Numbered from the stretch's first letter, positions 8,878 through 18,215 are shown. The stretch: 64,000 bases of DNA from Bacilli bacterium (GCA_024408085.1 JAKSVH010000006.1:4740-68739); one strand, 5' to 3'. The notes: generated by a model not told the origin, from the letters alone. Numbers and translations are program-made.

Positions 8878-10533
8878 ATGAAAACTTACGAAGATTTAGC
8901 TAATTACATATTCCCAGAAATCAACGAAACTATCGCTGATTTAGAAAAGAAATATCCAGCCAGAAATTTACCAGAAGGCGCAGAAGTTACAAGATTTGCA
9001 CCATCTCCAACTGGATTTTTACATTTAGGTTCATTATTCACCTCTTTAGTTGCTCACAAAGTTGCTAAAGATACAGGTGGTGTTTTTTACTTAAGACTTG
9101 AAGATACTGATACAAAACGTGAAGTGGAAGGTAGTGGCGATGAGCTTGTTCGTCAACTTGCTCACTTTGGTATTGATCCAAAAGAAGGCTACCTTGGCCA
9201 TGATGTTGGCCCTTATGCTCCATATAAACAATCTGAGCGCGCGTACATATATAAAGTCTGTATAAAGGAATTAATGAAGAAGGGTAGAGCTTATCCTTGC
9301 TTCTGCAGTGCTGAACAACTTGAAGAAACAAGACAAATTCAAGAAGCAATGAAAATGATTCCTGGTTATTATGGTGAATATGCTATCTGCCGTACAAATA
9401 CTCCAGATGAAGCAATCGCACGTATTGAAGCTGGCGAACCTTATGTTGTTCGTTTTAAATCAATGGGCAACCATAATAATAAAGTAACATTCCATGATGA
9501 AGTTCGTGGTGATATTTCTATTGCTGAGAACGATATGGACATCGTTATTCTTAAATCTGATGGCCTTCCAACCTATCACTTTGCACATGCTGTTGATGAT
9601 CATTTTATGCACACAACAACAGTCATTCGTGGTGAAGAATGGATCTCATCAGCCCCAATACATATCGAATTATTTGATACTTTAGGCTTTAAATTACCTA
9701 AATACGCTCACTTACCAGTTATCATGAAACTTGATAATGGCAACAAGCGTAAACTTTCAAAGAGAAAAGACCCAGAAGCATCAGTCTCCCACTTTATTGA
9801 AGAAGGTTATCCAAGAGAAGCATTACTCGTTTATTTAATGAGCATTGCAAACTCCAACTTTGAAGAATGGACTGCCGAAAATCATTCATATAATTTAGAT
9901 GAATTTAAGTTTTCGTTCGATAAAATGTCCCTAGACGGTGTTCTTTTTGACCAAGATAAGCTCAATTTCTTCTCAAAGGAAATTATTGCTCAAATGTCTA
10001 ATCAAGAAGTTTATGATAGAGTCTATGAATGGGCAGATGATGAATTCAAAGCCAAGTTAGAAAAATATAAAAAAGAATCTCTTGCAGCATTAAATATTGA
10101 ACGCGGTGGTGAAAAAGCACGTAAAGACTACGCTGCATATAAAGATGTATATCCTATTATTTCCTTATTTTATAAAGAAGATAACGAAAAAGAATTTAAT
10201 GAAATTGGTTGTCAATTTAAACCAGAAATCCCTGGCGATGTTGTAAAAGCTGTTCTTGAAGACTTTAAGAAATCTAATGATTATTCACTCGCAAATGATG
10301 TTTGGTTCAATACAGTTAAAGAATTAGGTGCTAGACACAAATTTGCTGAAAGTGGTAAAATCTTCAAGCAAAATCCTGAAGCATATGTTGGACACGTTGG
10401 TGATGTTGCAGAAATCATCCGTGTCGCAATCACATGCAGAAAGAATACTCCTAACCTTCATGATGTCTTAGTTATTCTAGGCAAAGATGAAGTTGATAGA
10501 AGAATTGATCGCGCTATAGCATCAATCAAATAA
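8878..10533 (+). CDS. gltX: Glutamate--tRNA ligase (long form)
   Basis: Class I motifs are present: RFAPSPTGFLHLGS (HIGH-like) and KLSKRK (KMSKS-like). The ED(T/S)D motif appears as LRLEDTDTKR. The protein is 551 aa. Confidence 0.8.
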   Translation: MKTYEDLANYIFPEINETIADLEKKYPARNLPEGAEVTRFAPSPTGFLHLGSLFTSLVAHKVAKDTGGVFYLRLEDTDTKREVEGSGDELVRQLAHFGIDPKEGYLGHDVGPYAPYKQSERAYIYKVCIKELMKKGRAYPCFCSAEQLEETRQIQEAMKMIPGYYGEYAICRTNTPDEAIARIEAGEPYVVRFKSMGNHNNKVTFHDEVRGDISIAENDMDIVILKSDGLPTYHFAHAVDDHFMHTTTVIRGEEWISSAPIHIELFDTLGFKLPKYAHLPVIMKLDNGNKRKLSKRKDPEASVSHFIEEGYPREALLVYLMSIANSNFEEWTAENHSYNLDEFKFSFDKMSLDGVLFDQDKLNFFSKEIIAQMSNQEVYDRVYEWADDEFKAKLEKYKKESLAALNIERGGEKARKDYAAYKDVYPIISLFYKEDNEKEFNEIGCQFKPEIPGDVVKAVLEDFKKSNDYSLANDVWFNTVKELGARHKFAESGKIFKQNPEAYVGHVGDVAEIIRVAITCRKNTPNLHDVLVILGKDEVDRRIDRAIASIK

Positions 10534-10548
10534 GGGCTTTGCCCTTCT

Positions 10549-10624
10549 GGCCCCATGGTCAAGCGGTTCAAGACGCAACCCTCTCAAGGTTGAATCAAGG
10601 GTTCGATTCCCTTTGGGGTCACCA
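10549..10624 (+). tRNA. tRNA-Glu (anticodon CTC)
   Basis: Sequence is GGCCCCATGGTCAAGCGGTTCAAGAC...; anticodon stem CAACC/GGTTG with loop CTCTCAA; T-arm AAGGG-TTCGATT-CCCTT; acceptor pairs; CCA encoded. It starts 15 nt after the gltX stop. Confidence 0.8.
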
Positions 10625-10703
10625 ATTAAAAAAATAGAACTCTCTTATGAGAGTTTTTATTTTATGTTATTGAAATAAAATTATTTCTTTATATAATAAA
10701 GAT

Positions 10704-11336
10704 ATGGAACGCGAAGAATTATTTATTCAAATACTTGATAATGACGAGAAAATTATTGAAACATTTAAACCAAATCATAAAAGATTTGTTGGTTTAACTA
10801 TTTTAAGAAATTTCATTGCGACATTATTAGTTCTTATATTTCCTGCAATCTTTGTTTTTGTTTCATTAGCTCTCAACAATGGAGTCAACGAAACAACTCA
10901 ATGTGAAATAAATGGTGTTGAACACACCGGAGAAGCTTGCAGAGTAGGCCTTGCTCCTTTTGTTGTGGTTCCATGTATCATTGCTGGGTTAATTGTACTT
11001 GGATTCATTTTCTCAGTCGTTACTAGAATTGTTGTTTATAAAAAGACATGTTATTGCTGTACAAATAAGAGAATCATTATTCGCCGCGGATTCATCGGCG
11101 CCGATTATCAAACATTAGATTATGACCTTATTGGAGGTATGGATGTTCAGGTTGATTTCTTTGATAAAATTATGAAGCCAAATACCGGAACGATTTCCTT
11201 TGCATCAGCAGCTTCTCCAATGATTGAAAGACAGGGTTCTTCATATTATTTTGCACATATTGAAAACCCATACGAAACATACAAGAAAATTAAAGAATAT
11301 TCATCTACATATCGTGACGGAAAATTAAATAGTTAA
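10704..11336 (+). CDS. Membrane protein with bacterial PH (bPH_2/DUF304, YdbS-like) domain
   Basis: Two TM segments are followed by TNKRIIIRRGFIGADYQTLDYDLIGGMDV, which is characteristic of bPH_2. Confidence 0.6.
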   Translation: MEREELFIQILDNDEKIIETFKPNHKRFVGLTILRNFIATLLVLIFPAIFVFVSLALNNGVNETTQCEINGVEHTGEACRVGLAPFVVVPCIIAGLIVLGFIFSVVTRIVVYKKTCYCCTNKRIIIRRGFIGADYQTLDYDLIGGMDVQVDFFDKIMKPNTGTISFASAASPMIERQGSSYYFAHIENPYETYKKIKEYSSTYRDGKLNS

Positions 11337-11339
11337 TAT

Positions 11340-12200
11340 ATGAAAGCGATCTATCTTTGTTCGAACAAAACAGGTATTAAAAAGTCGGAAAAGAAGACCG
11401 CTTTTATTTTTAATTCATTACATAAAATATATAAAGATTTAACAATTGTAAAAACCGAAAATATTGAGGATTTTGAGGAAAATATACGCAAATCCGTGGG
11501 TATTTTCGATTTAGTCATTGTTGGTGGTGGCGATGGAACTTTGAAGGCTGCTGTCAATGTTTTGATGGAATTTTCTAAAGAAGAAAGACCGGTTTTGGGA
11601 TACCTTCCGTTAGGCACAATCAATGACGCTGGAAAGGCTGTTGGAATTAATGGAAGTTTAAGAAAAGCCTTAAAGATTTTGAAAGACAATTCTGTTGTTG
11701 AAGTTGATGTCTGCAAAGTTAACGATGAATATTTCAATTTCGTATGTGCTGCAGGAGCTTATTCAGACATTTCCTACATCACAAAAAGAAGAGCTAAAAA
11801 AATCATTGGTAAATTTGCTTACTATTTTGTTGCAATTGCCTCACTTTTTAGAAAGAAAAAACTCGATGTGCATGTTGTTGCTGACGATCAAGTTGTTGAT
11901 ATGAAAACCCCATTAGTTTTGATAATGAATTCGAAAAACGTTGGCGGTTTTCCGGTTAATTTTAATTATTCAGTGGTGGATGGCAAGGTTGAAATATACC
12001 TTACAAAACCTGGACTTTTTAATGGATTGTTGCATTATGCTTTCTTTAAAATGAGAACAGTTAAACTTAAGGCTTCTCACCTAAAAGTATCGATTAAATC
12101 GAATGAAACTTGGTGCCTTGATGGAGAAAAAGGTTTTGATGGAGACATTGAAATCAATGTAATCCAGAAAGAACTTCGAATGATTGGCAAATTAAAATAA
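11340..12200 (+). CDS. Diacylglycerol-kinase-family lipid kinase (YegS/BmrU-like)
   Basis: Motifs are VIVGGGDGTLKAAVN and LGYLPLGTINDAGKA. The protein is 286 aa. Confidence 0.75.
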   Translation: MKAIYLCSNKTGIKKSEKKTAFIFNSLHKIYKDLTIVKTENIEDFEENIRKSVGIFDLVIVGGGDGTLKAAVNVLMEFSKEERPVLGYLPLGTINDAGKAVGINGSLRKALKILKDNSVVEVDVCKVNDEYFNFVCAAGAYSDISYITKRRAKKIIGKFAYYFVAIASLFRKKKLDVHVVADDQVVDMKTPLVLIMNSKNVGGFPVNFNYSVVDGKVEIYLTKPGLFNGLLHYAFFKMRTVKLKASHLKVSIKSNETWCLDGEKGFDGDIEINVIQKELRMIGKLK

Positions 12201-12263
12201 TTTAATTTTTGCTTTCCATTTTAACAATATTATTATATTATTAACGCAGTAGGCGGAAATTTT

Positions 12264-13145
12264 ATGAAATTCAAAAAACCAAGAGGAGTGCTATTAGGAA
12301 TTGGCTTCGGTGCATTCGTTGTTGCTGCAGTTTTATTCTTCTTAGTACCAGTAATTCTTGCTGATTTCCAATACAATAGTATGGAAGCAGTGATGGGAGG
12401 ACTTAAAGGATTAATCTCCTTCAATTTTGTTAATGTTCTTTATACAGCATTATTCATTTTATTTGTTCTTGCAATTGCAGTTGTTGTTATTTATGCGGTT
12501 ATGGCTGTTCAAAAGAAACACAAAATTCATCTTCTTGTTGCTTTACTTTCATTAATTTTCGTTTTTGGTTCCTACTTAGTAGTTTCTATTTATTTCCTTG
12601 GCAGCGACATTAATTTTGGTGGTAAAGCTACTGATTCAACAAATTCATTGCTTTCATTAATGTTAGCTTCTGAAAATGCTTTGGGTAAGATTTTATCTTC
12701 ACTCGTTCTTGCATTTGCTGGCGTGTCCAACGTTATGCTTATTGTACACATGTTTGTCGCACTAGTTTCAATGACAGTAACCGAAGAAGTTAAAGCATTC
12801 GAAGAAAAATGCGAAGAAGAAACTAAAAAGGCAATTGAAGAAAAGACTGCAGAACTTGTTGCTTCTCAACCAGCACAAGAAGCAGTTCCTGCTGAAGCAG
12901 GTCCAGTATTCGGAACTATTTTAGCTCCAGAAGTTGAAGCCGATCTTGAAGAACGCAAACGTAAAGAAATGGCATTATTCAAATCAGCAATCGATTCTGG
13001 ATACTTTACAGAATACGAAGAACTTGAATTCCCAGAACCTCTTGAAGGTGTCGAGGAAGAACCAGTTTGTGAAGCCAGTATTGTTGAAGAAAAGACAGCA
13101 TTCATTTCTAAGTCGAGCATTCACGTTGGCTACACACACGATTAA
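12264..13145 (+). CDS. Polytopic membrane protein with acidic C-terminal tail
   Basis: The long ORF has 5-6 hydrophobic segments followed by an E-rich soluble tail. Function is unknown. Confidence 0.4.
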   Translation: MKFKKPRGVLLGIGFGAFVVAAVLFFLVPVILADFQYNSMEAVMGGLKGLISFNFVNVLYTALFILFVLAIAVVVIYAVMAVQKKHKIHLLVALLSLIFVFGSYLVVSIYFLGSDINFGGKATDSTNSLLSLMLASENALGKILSSLVLAFAGVSNVMLIVHMFVALVSMTVTEEVKAFEEKCEEETKKAIEEKTAELVASQPAQEAVPAEAGPVFGTILAPEVEADLEERKRKEMALFKSAIDSGYFTEYEELEFPEPLEGVEEEPVCEASIVEEKTAFISKSSIHVGYTHD

Positions 13146-13205
13146 ATTGTTTTAATATAACTCTTTGAGTTATTTTGAAAATATACAAATTTTGGAGGGC
13201 TTTAT

Positions 13206-13835
13206 ATGAAAAAAGCTAAAAACGCACTTGCGATAGTTGGCATTGTATTCGCCGTTATCGCAGCCGCATTGCTAGTGTTACATCCAGTTATTGACGGAGT
13301 TGCAGCAGCATTATCCGAAGACCCAACCCCAGCTATGGGATTTGGTGAATATCTTGGTCTTGTAACAGGAAGAATTCCACAATTAATTGATTTTGGTTGG
13401 ATTTCTTCATTCTCACTCGATGCATTAAAGATTAACTTCCCAATCATCGTTGCAGCAGTCGGAGTAATTCTTTTAATTGTTTTACTCATTATCATGCTTT
13501 GCAAGAAACACGCCAAAGGTTTAGGCTGGTGGGTTGTTATGCTCGTAATGCTCGCTGTATCAGTCGTAGTTGCATCTGTTTATGTTAAACCAGGCAACTT
13601 CTACGATGTTTACTTTGGAAAAGTACAAGAATTGTCCTACTCAACCTTTGATGTAAATAAGTATTTATTTATCGCAGGTTTAGTTTGCGCAATCGTTGCT
13701 TCCGCAGCAATTATTATTGCTTCAATCTTCTATATGGTTTATGTTTGTAAAGCAAGCAAGAAAGCTAAGAAAGTTGATGATGCAAGAAAAGCTGCACTTG
13801 CTAAGATCGAAAGTCTTTTAGGAGGAAATAACTAA
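13206..13835 (+). CDS. Polytopic membrane protein, unknown function
   Basis: GGAGG RBS is present. There are multiple TM segments, and the architecture resembles the preceding gene. It has a TAATG overlap with the next gene. Confidence 0.4.
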   Translation: MKKAKNALAIVGIVFAVIAAALLVLHPVIDGVAAALSEDPTPAMGFGEYLGLVTGRIPQLIDFGWISSFSLDALKINFPIIVAAVGVILLIVLLIIMLCKKHAKGLGWWVVMLVMLAVSVVVASVYVKPGNFYDVYFGKVQELSYSTFDVNKYLFIAGLVCAIVASAAIIIASIFYMVYVCKASKKAKKVDDARKAALAKIESLLGGNN

Positions 13836-14875
13836 TGGCTACATTAAATGAAAACGAAGCTCGTTTACTTGCAATTAAAGAAGAGCTTTTGAATAAGAAA
13901 GATATTTCTCTTGAAGATATCGAAGCTTTAGACAAAGAAATTTCCGCTCTTGGAGAAGAAAGAGAACAACTTAAAGCAGAAGAAGCTAAAGCAGAAGCTC
14001 CAGTCGCAAAAGCTAGCGAAGAAGCTGCTCCTTCAGCAGAAGCACCTGCTAAAGCAGAAGAAGCTGCACCAGCAGATGAAAATGCTAAAGTTATTAGACG
14101 TATTCTTGTCCATAAGAGTGGCAAAGTTGTCAGAGTCTTAAATGAACATTATTACGATATCACAACCAACGTGTTTGTTGATCAAGGCTACTATGATCCA
14201 AATAGACCAGCTGAAACTGAACAACAACACTATGAAAGACTTATTAACGAAGCTAAGAATGTTTTACAACCAGCACCAGCTCCAGTTGCAGCACCAGCTC
14301 CAGCACCAGCACCTGTTATCGTTGTAACTCAACCACAACCACAAGTCGTTGTTGCACCAGCTTCAGCACCTGCACCAGTTGTAGTCGCTGCTCCAGCTCC
14401 AGCACCTGTTGTTGCACCAGCTCCAGCACCTGCACCAGTTGTAGTCGCTGCTCCAGCTCCAGCAAAAGAAAAAGTCGAACGTATTCCATTTGCTGATCGT
14501 ATGAAACATGCTGAAAAATCATTGAAGTTTGCTTATAACGAAATTAAGTCCGAAATCTTATCTTACGGTCTTAAATCACGTATTTCTATCGCAGGCGATA
14601 CATTCAGATTACACACCAAGACATATGTTATGCTTGTTGTTGCTGGTAAGAGCCTAAAACTCTACTTCGCTTTGGATCCAAAAGATTATAAAGATTCCAA
14701 GATGCCACTCGGTGACGCATCTAAGAAAGTCCTCCACAAAGATACACCACTTGTATTCAAAGTTAAGTCAGACTTATCAGTCCGTAGATGTAAACAACTT
14801 ATCGCTGATTGCTGTGCTAAAGACGGTCTTGAAAAAGGCGAATTTGTCAAACACGATCACGTTAAAGATTTATAA
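13835..14875 (+). CDS. Protein with acidic coiled-coil N-terminus, Ala/Pro-rich (PAPAPV) spacer and basic C-terminal domain
   Basis: The ORF is coupled to the upstream gene. The central low-complexity APAPAPV region contains a 60-bp tandem duplication. No catalytic motif was recognised. Confidence 0.45.
   Translation: MATLNENEARLLAIKEELLNKKDISLEDIEALDKEISALGEEREQLKAEEAKAEAPVAKASEEAAPSAEAPAKAEEAAPADENAKVIRRILVHKSGKVVRVLNEHYYDITTNVFVDQGYYDPNRPAETEQQHYERLINEAKNVLQPAPAPVAAPAPAPAPVIVVTQPQPQVVVAPASAPAPVVVAAPAPAPVVAPAPAPAPVVVAAPAPAKEKVERIPFADRMKHAEKSLKFAYNEIKSEILSYGLKSRISIAGDTFRLHTKTYVMLVVAGKSLKLYFALDPKDYKDSKMPLGDASKKVLHKDTPLVFKVKSDLSVRRCKQLIADCCAKDGLEKGEFVKHDHVKDL
14351..14464 (+). repeat. Near-perfect 60-bp tandem duplication inside the Ala/Pro-rich coding region
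   Basis: 14351-14410 and 14411-14464 are identical except for one base (14362 T versus 14422 C). Confidence 0.9.
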
Positions 14876-14898
14876 TCTTAGACTAAACAAAAATAATT

Positions 14899-14927
14899 TA
14901 AAGGTGACCTTCGGGCCACCTTTTTTA
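14899..14927. terminator. Bidirectional intrinsic terminator between convergent genes
   Basis: AAAGGTGACC-TTCG-GGCCACCTTT is flanked by an A-run and a T-run. Confidence 0.65.
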
Positions 14928-15461
14928 GTTACTAATTTTTTCTTTGTACAGTTTATAAATTTCATCACTAGTTTGTTCGATTGTTTTGTTTTCGGTATGA
15001 ATTACATAATCGACTTTTCCAATTTTATCTAGTGAGAAGTCATTGACGTCATTTTCTAGTCGTTTAGTGATATTTTCTTGTTTATCTCCGCGAGATACCA
15101 TTCTTTCATGCCTTGTTTTTTCGTCTGCGATAAGTAAGAATGAGACAACATGTTTATTATTTAATTTTAGGAATGAGTGAAGACCGTTTGGATCTAGGAC
15201 AACAATTTTGTTGTCATCAACCTGGTCTACGCCACAACCATAGTAATTGTCGTTATACAAAGAGTGTTCAACAAATTTACCCTCTTTTAAGCGCTTTTTG
15301 AACTCTTCTTTGCTAATAAAGAAATATTCAATGCCATCAGTCTCGCCAACACGTTTTTCACGAGTAGTGGTTGTGACTGCTTTAACTAGGCCATAACGCT
15401 TTTGTAAATCAAGGGCGGTAACCGTTTTTCCGCTTGCTGATGCACCGACAAGTAAAATCAT
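14925..15461 (-). CDS. Guanylate-kinase-family protein
   Basis: P-loop is GASASGKT. It has TTTTREKRVGETDGIEYFFISKEEF (compare TTRppRpGEvdGvdYhFvs.eeF) and YGCG. The protein is 178 aa. Confidence 0.65.
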   Translation of the reverse strand: MILLVGASASGKTVTALDLQKRYGLVKAVTTTTREKRVGETDGIEYFFISKEEFKKRLKEGKFVEHSLYNDNYYGCGVDQVDDNKIVVLDPNGLHSFLKLNNKHVVSFLLIADEKTRHERMVSRGDKQENITKRLENDVNDFSLDKIGKVDYVIHTENKTIEQTSDEIYKLYKEKISN

Positions 15462-15590
15462 AAAATTTATTATACTCGAAATTAAAAATCAAAAAAATGC
15501 AAAAAAAGAGACTTATAAATAAGTCTAAAAAAATTTTCATCGAAAATGCGAAATGGTACTGCAATTTGTATATAGGAGGACATTTATTTT

Positions 15591-15911
15591 ATGGCACGTA
15601 ATAGTTATGACGGATCCTATATAAGATTTTCAGAGATGGAGACAATTGCAAAAGTCTATTTTGAAAAAGCCAAATATTACAAAAGCAACGGAAGCCCAAA
15701 AACTGAAAAGGTAAATAATAAAATGCTTACGATTGGCAAAATAGATAAAGCATGTAATGTACTTTGCGATCCATACAAAACAATTATTAGAAACACATTT
15801 TTTGAAAAGAAAAATTTGTACTGGTGGGAACAGTATTATTCAAAAACCACTTATTATCGTTTAAGGAACAAGGCTATTAAAACATTTTTATTAGCATACA
15901 AATTACAATGA
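15591..15911 (+). CDS. Small putative transcription regulator, sigma-70 region-4 / ArpU-like HTH
   Basis: Strong GGAGGA RBS is present. The C-terminal segment YKTIIRNTFFEKKNLYWWEQYYSKTTYYRLRNKAIKTFLLAY resembles region 4.2-type HTH (S.sTyYR.r.kAl..f). It has an ATGA overlap with the next gene. Confidence 0.4.
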   Translation: MARNSYDGSYIRFSEMETIAKVYFEKAKYYKSNGSPKTEKVNNKMLTIGKIDKACNVLCDPYKTIIRNTFFEKKNLYWWEQYYSKTTYYRLRNKAIKTFLLAYKLQ

Positions 15912-16861
15912 AAACATCATTAAAACTTTTATTATTATCAACTTTGACCGCGATGAGTGGAATAGGGGCAGGAACTGATACAAATTCCGGTGTTTATTCT
16001 CTTAAATGCACTCCTTTTTATCGTGCAGGTATTAATTCAAAGATTTCTTTTAATGTTAGAGCATCAAAAATGAATAAAGTAATTGTTACAGTGGATATAG
16101 TCAATGATTTATTTAAAGACGGAATAACTATTTATAAAAAAACTTACACTGCTGCTGGTAGTGCAAATATTTCTTATAACAATAGTTATACTAGAAGTAG
16201 CGGAAACATATTGCGAATAAAGCAAGGGACATCAAAAGGAAATAAAACAATTGAATGTGAAATCAATGTTGCTAAAAGCAGCACAACTGTTATAGGTGAT
16301 TCAATTTATAATTTTGAATCCAGTTCTTATTATTATTCATATTCAAATAGTGGCTGGTCAAAAAATAAGGAAAAGATAAGTTTTTATAACTTTGAAGATT
16401 GTTATATGCCAACTTACTATCACCAAATAGACTTTTCGAATTTTTACATTAAATTGAATGAAACTCTAGATACTTCAAATATAAGTTGTGAAAACGCAGT
16501 CTTTGGAATTACAAATAAAAATGGAATATTTAATTCTTTTGAGCACGATTCTGAATTAGCTTACTTTCCGCTAACTTTTGAACAAAAAGATAAATCTTTT
16601 TTCTTAAAGCTGAAAAATGTTTTATATGTTAATCCCTTAACACAAGAAATGTCTGCGACTCAAAAAACTAATTTTGTTAAAACTAGATTGATTTATTTAC
16701 CGAGAAACGAAAAAAGATATGAGGATGAGTATAATTGTTATATTTCTTTAGAAGGTTTCGGAATAGATAGAGCTGATTTTTTAACAAACTTTAAATATAA
16801 ATCTTTATTAAATACTTTTGGAGACTGTCGCAACAGTGAATATTGCATAGTTAATAGTTAA
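15908..16861 (+). CDS. Exported protein of unknown function (first structural gene of the pilus-like operon)
   Basis: It has a signal-peptide-like N-terminus MKTSLKLLLLSTLTAMSGIGAG without a lipobox Cys. Composition is N/S/Y-rich, and no motif was recognised. Confidence 0.5.
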   Translation: MKTSLKLLLLSTLTAMSGIGAGTDTNSGVYSLKCTPFYRAGINSKISFNVRASKMNKVIVTVDIVNDLFKDGITIYKKTYTAAGSANISYNNSYTRSSGNILRIKQGTSKGNKTIECEINVAKSSTTVIGDSIYNFESSSYYYSYSNSGWSKNKEKISFYNFEDCYMPTYYHQIDFSNFYIKLNETLDTSNISCENAVFGITNKNGIFNSFEHDSELAYFPLTFEQKDKSFFLKLKNVLYVNPLTQEMSATQKTNFVKTRLIYLPRNEKRYEDEYNCYISLEGFGIDRADFLTNFKYKSLLNTFGDCRNSEYCIVNS

Positions 16862-16862
16862 T

Positions 16863-17264
16863 ATGACAAATTGTATCTTCTATTCACTATTTTTTGTTTT
16901 GTTTCTAAACATGTCGTTTGGATCTTTGAGAATGTCACAAGTTAATAGAGTTTTTATGTCAACATACAAAGGAATGTATGAAGCTTGTGCTGTTACTGTA
17001 GGCAATGATGGAGAACCAATTTATCCGTACTTTGATAAAAATATCTTAACAAATTATGTAACAAACTTTATTGGCGAAAATGTAAGAAAATTCGTCCCGT
17101 CCTATGACTTAAGCATCAAATTTTACACACTGGGTGGGACTTATGAATGCCAAGAGAACGATTTAGCAAGAACTGTAAAAGTAAGTTTAAAGGCAAATAT
17201 TAACTATCTATTTACATTTAATAAAGAACAAACTATTTCAATTGAAGAAAGGAGTGCCGTATGA
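16863..17264 (+). CDS. Small protein with N-terminal hydrophobic segment (possible TadE/TadF-like pseudopilin)
   Basis: Hydrophobic N-terminus is MTNCIFYSLFFVLFLNMSFGS and the protein is 133 aa. It starts 1 nt after the upstream stop and has an ATGA overlap downstream. The assignment rests on architecture only. Confidence 0.35.
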   Translation: MTNCIFYSLFFVLFLNMSFGSLRMSQVNRVFMSTYKGMYEACAVTVGNDGEPIYPYFDKNILTNYVTNFIGENVRKFVPSYDLSIKFYTLGGTYECQENDLARTVKVSLKANINYLFTFNKEQTISIEERSAV

Positions 17265-18214
17265 ACGAAAAATTAATTAACTATATAGAAAATTCATTTC
17301 TAAAAGATTTGATAAGTTCAGAAGGAGTTACAGATATTTCCTATAACGGCTCTAGTTTTTTCTATTTGCATAATGTTGAAGGCAGAAAGAAATCAGATTT
17401 AATTGTTTCAAACAGTGGAGTTTTGGATTTTCTAAGACAAATTGCAAATTTTTCAGAAAAACAATTTTCGGTCTCTACACCTTTCTTAGATATTTCGGTT
17501 GGAAGATACCGTATAAATGCTGTTCATACATCAATAGGTAGGGTTAGCAATGAAAAAGCGTGTACATTTGCAATAAGAATTGGCTCTGAACAATCTCGAG
17601 TAATTGATGATTTAGATTTTATTGATGAAAAGTGTAGGAAATACTTATTTAAAGCTATAGAGGATGAAAAGTCGATTGTTATTTGTGGGCCTACCGGAAG
17701 TGGAAAGACAGAATTGCAGAAATTTCTTCTTTTAAACCTAAAAGACAATACCAGGGTCATCATTATTGATAACGTTGAAGAATTAGAGAACATACGAATT
17801 AATGACAAGATAGATGTCTCTAGTTGGCAGATTTCTGAAAATAATTTAAATTCATCAATCCAAGAACTTGTTAGGAACGCTTTAAGAAGTAATCCAGACT
17901 GGATTGTTATTGCGGAGTCAAGAGGCAAAGAAATGAACGAAATATTAAATAGCATTATGACAGGGCATCCAATCATCACGACTTTACATGCAGAAAAATT
18001 AGAAGATATACCTTTACGTATTTGTAGAATGGTGGAGATGGCTGACATCACTCAGAAGCATGAAAGCATTTTAAATGACATTTATGAGCACGTAAAAGTA
18101 TGTGTTTTTCTAAATAGAAAGTTTGATTCTGATAAAGGAGTTAAACGTTATGTTGAATCGATTGGCGAGCTTCAAAAAGATCACACTATGAAATTGATTT
18201 ATAGGAGGTCATAG
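17261..18214 (+). CDS. TadA/CpaF/VirB11-family secretion ATPase (T2SSE domain)
   Basis: Walker A is CGPTGSGKT (nt 17683-17710) and Walker B-like is RVIIIDNVEE. It has the AESRGKE (GEvRG.Ea-like) motif, the His box TGHPIITTLHA, and an N-terminal GVTDISYNG (vtEI.vNg-like) segment. Confidence 0.8.
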   Translation: MNEKLINYIENSFLKDLISSEGVTDISYNGSSFFYLHNVEGRKKSDLIVSNSGVLDFLRQIANFSEKQFSVSTPFLDISVGRYRINAVHTSIGRVSNEKACTFAIRIGSEQSRVIDDLDFIDEKCRKYLFKAIEDEKSIVICGPTGSGKTELQKFLLLNLKDNTRVIIIDNVEELENIRINDKIDVSSWQISENNLNSSIQELVRNALRSNPDWIVIAESRGKEMNEILNSIMTGHPIITTLHAEKLEDIPLRICRMVEMADITQKHESILNDIYEHVKVCVFLNRKFDSDKGVKRYVESIGELQKDHTMKLIYRRS

Positions 18215-18215
18215 A

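Noticed and set aside
14142-14522. ORFs 14142-14327 (+), 13950-14141 (+) and 14316-14522 (-), rich in Q/L/H repeats.
   Set aside because: These are alternative-frame readings of the GCACCAGCT-type Ala/Pro repeat region of the 13835-14875 gene.
15508-15530. The hairpin AGACTTA-TAAA-TAAGTCT between the guanylate-kinase-like gene and the pilus-like operon, as a terminator.
   Set aside because: It lies upstream of both divergent genes, so there is nothing for it to terminate. On the plus strand it is not followed by a T-run. It is kept only as a possible operator in the regulator finding.
17524-18051. A 175-aa minus-strand ORF inside the TadA-like ATPase gene. The same applies to similar antisense or alternative-frame ORFs at 1712-1957, 2224-2418, 3033-3233, 9065-9349, 11351-11737, 13202-13516, 13801-14124, 20744-21088, 33720-34190, 34230-34463, 35691-35996, 40408-40782, 46221-46421, 52097-52396, 52603-52863 and 53662-53865.
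   Set aside because: These ORFs lie wholly within, and opposite to or out of frame with, genes that have strong motif support. They have no RBS and their translations are low-complexity or hydrophobic. They are typical shadow ORFs of AT-rich coding DNA.
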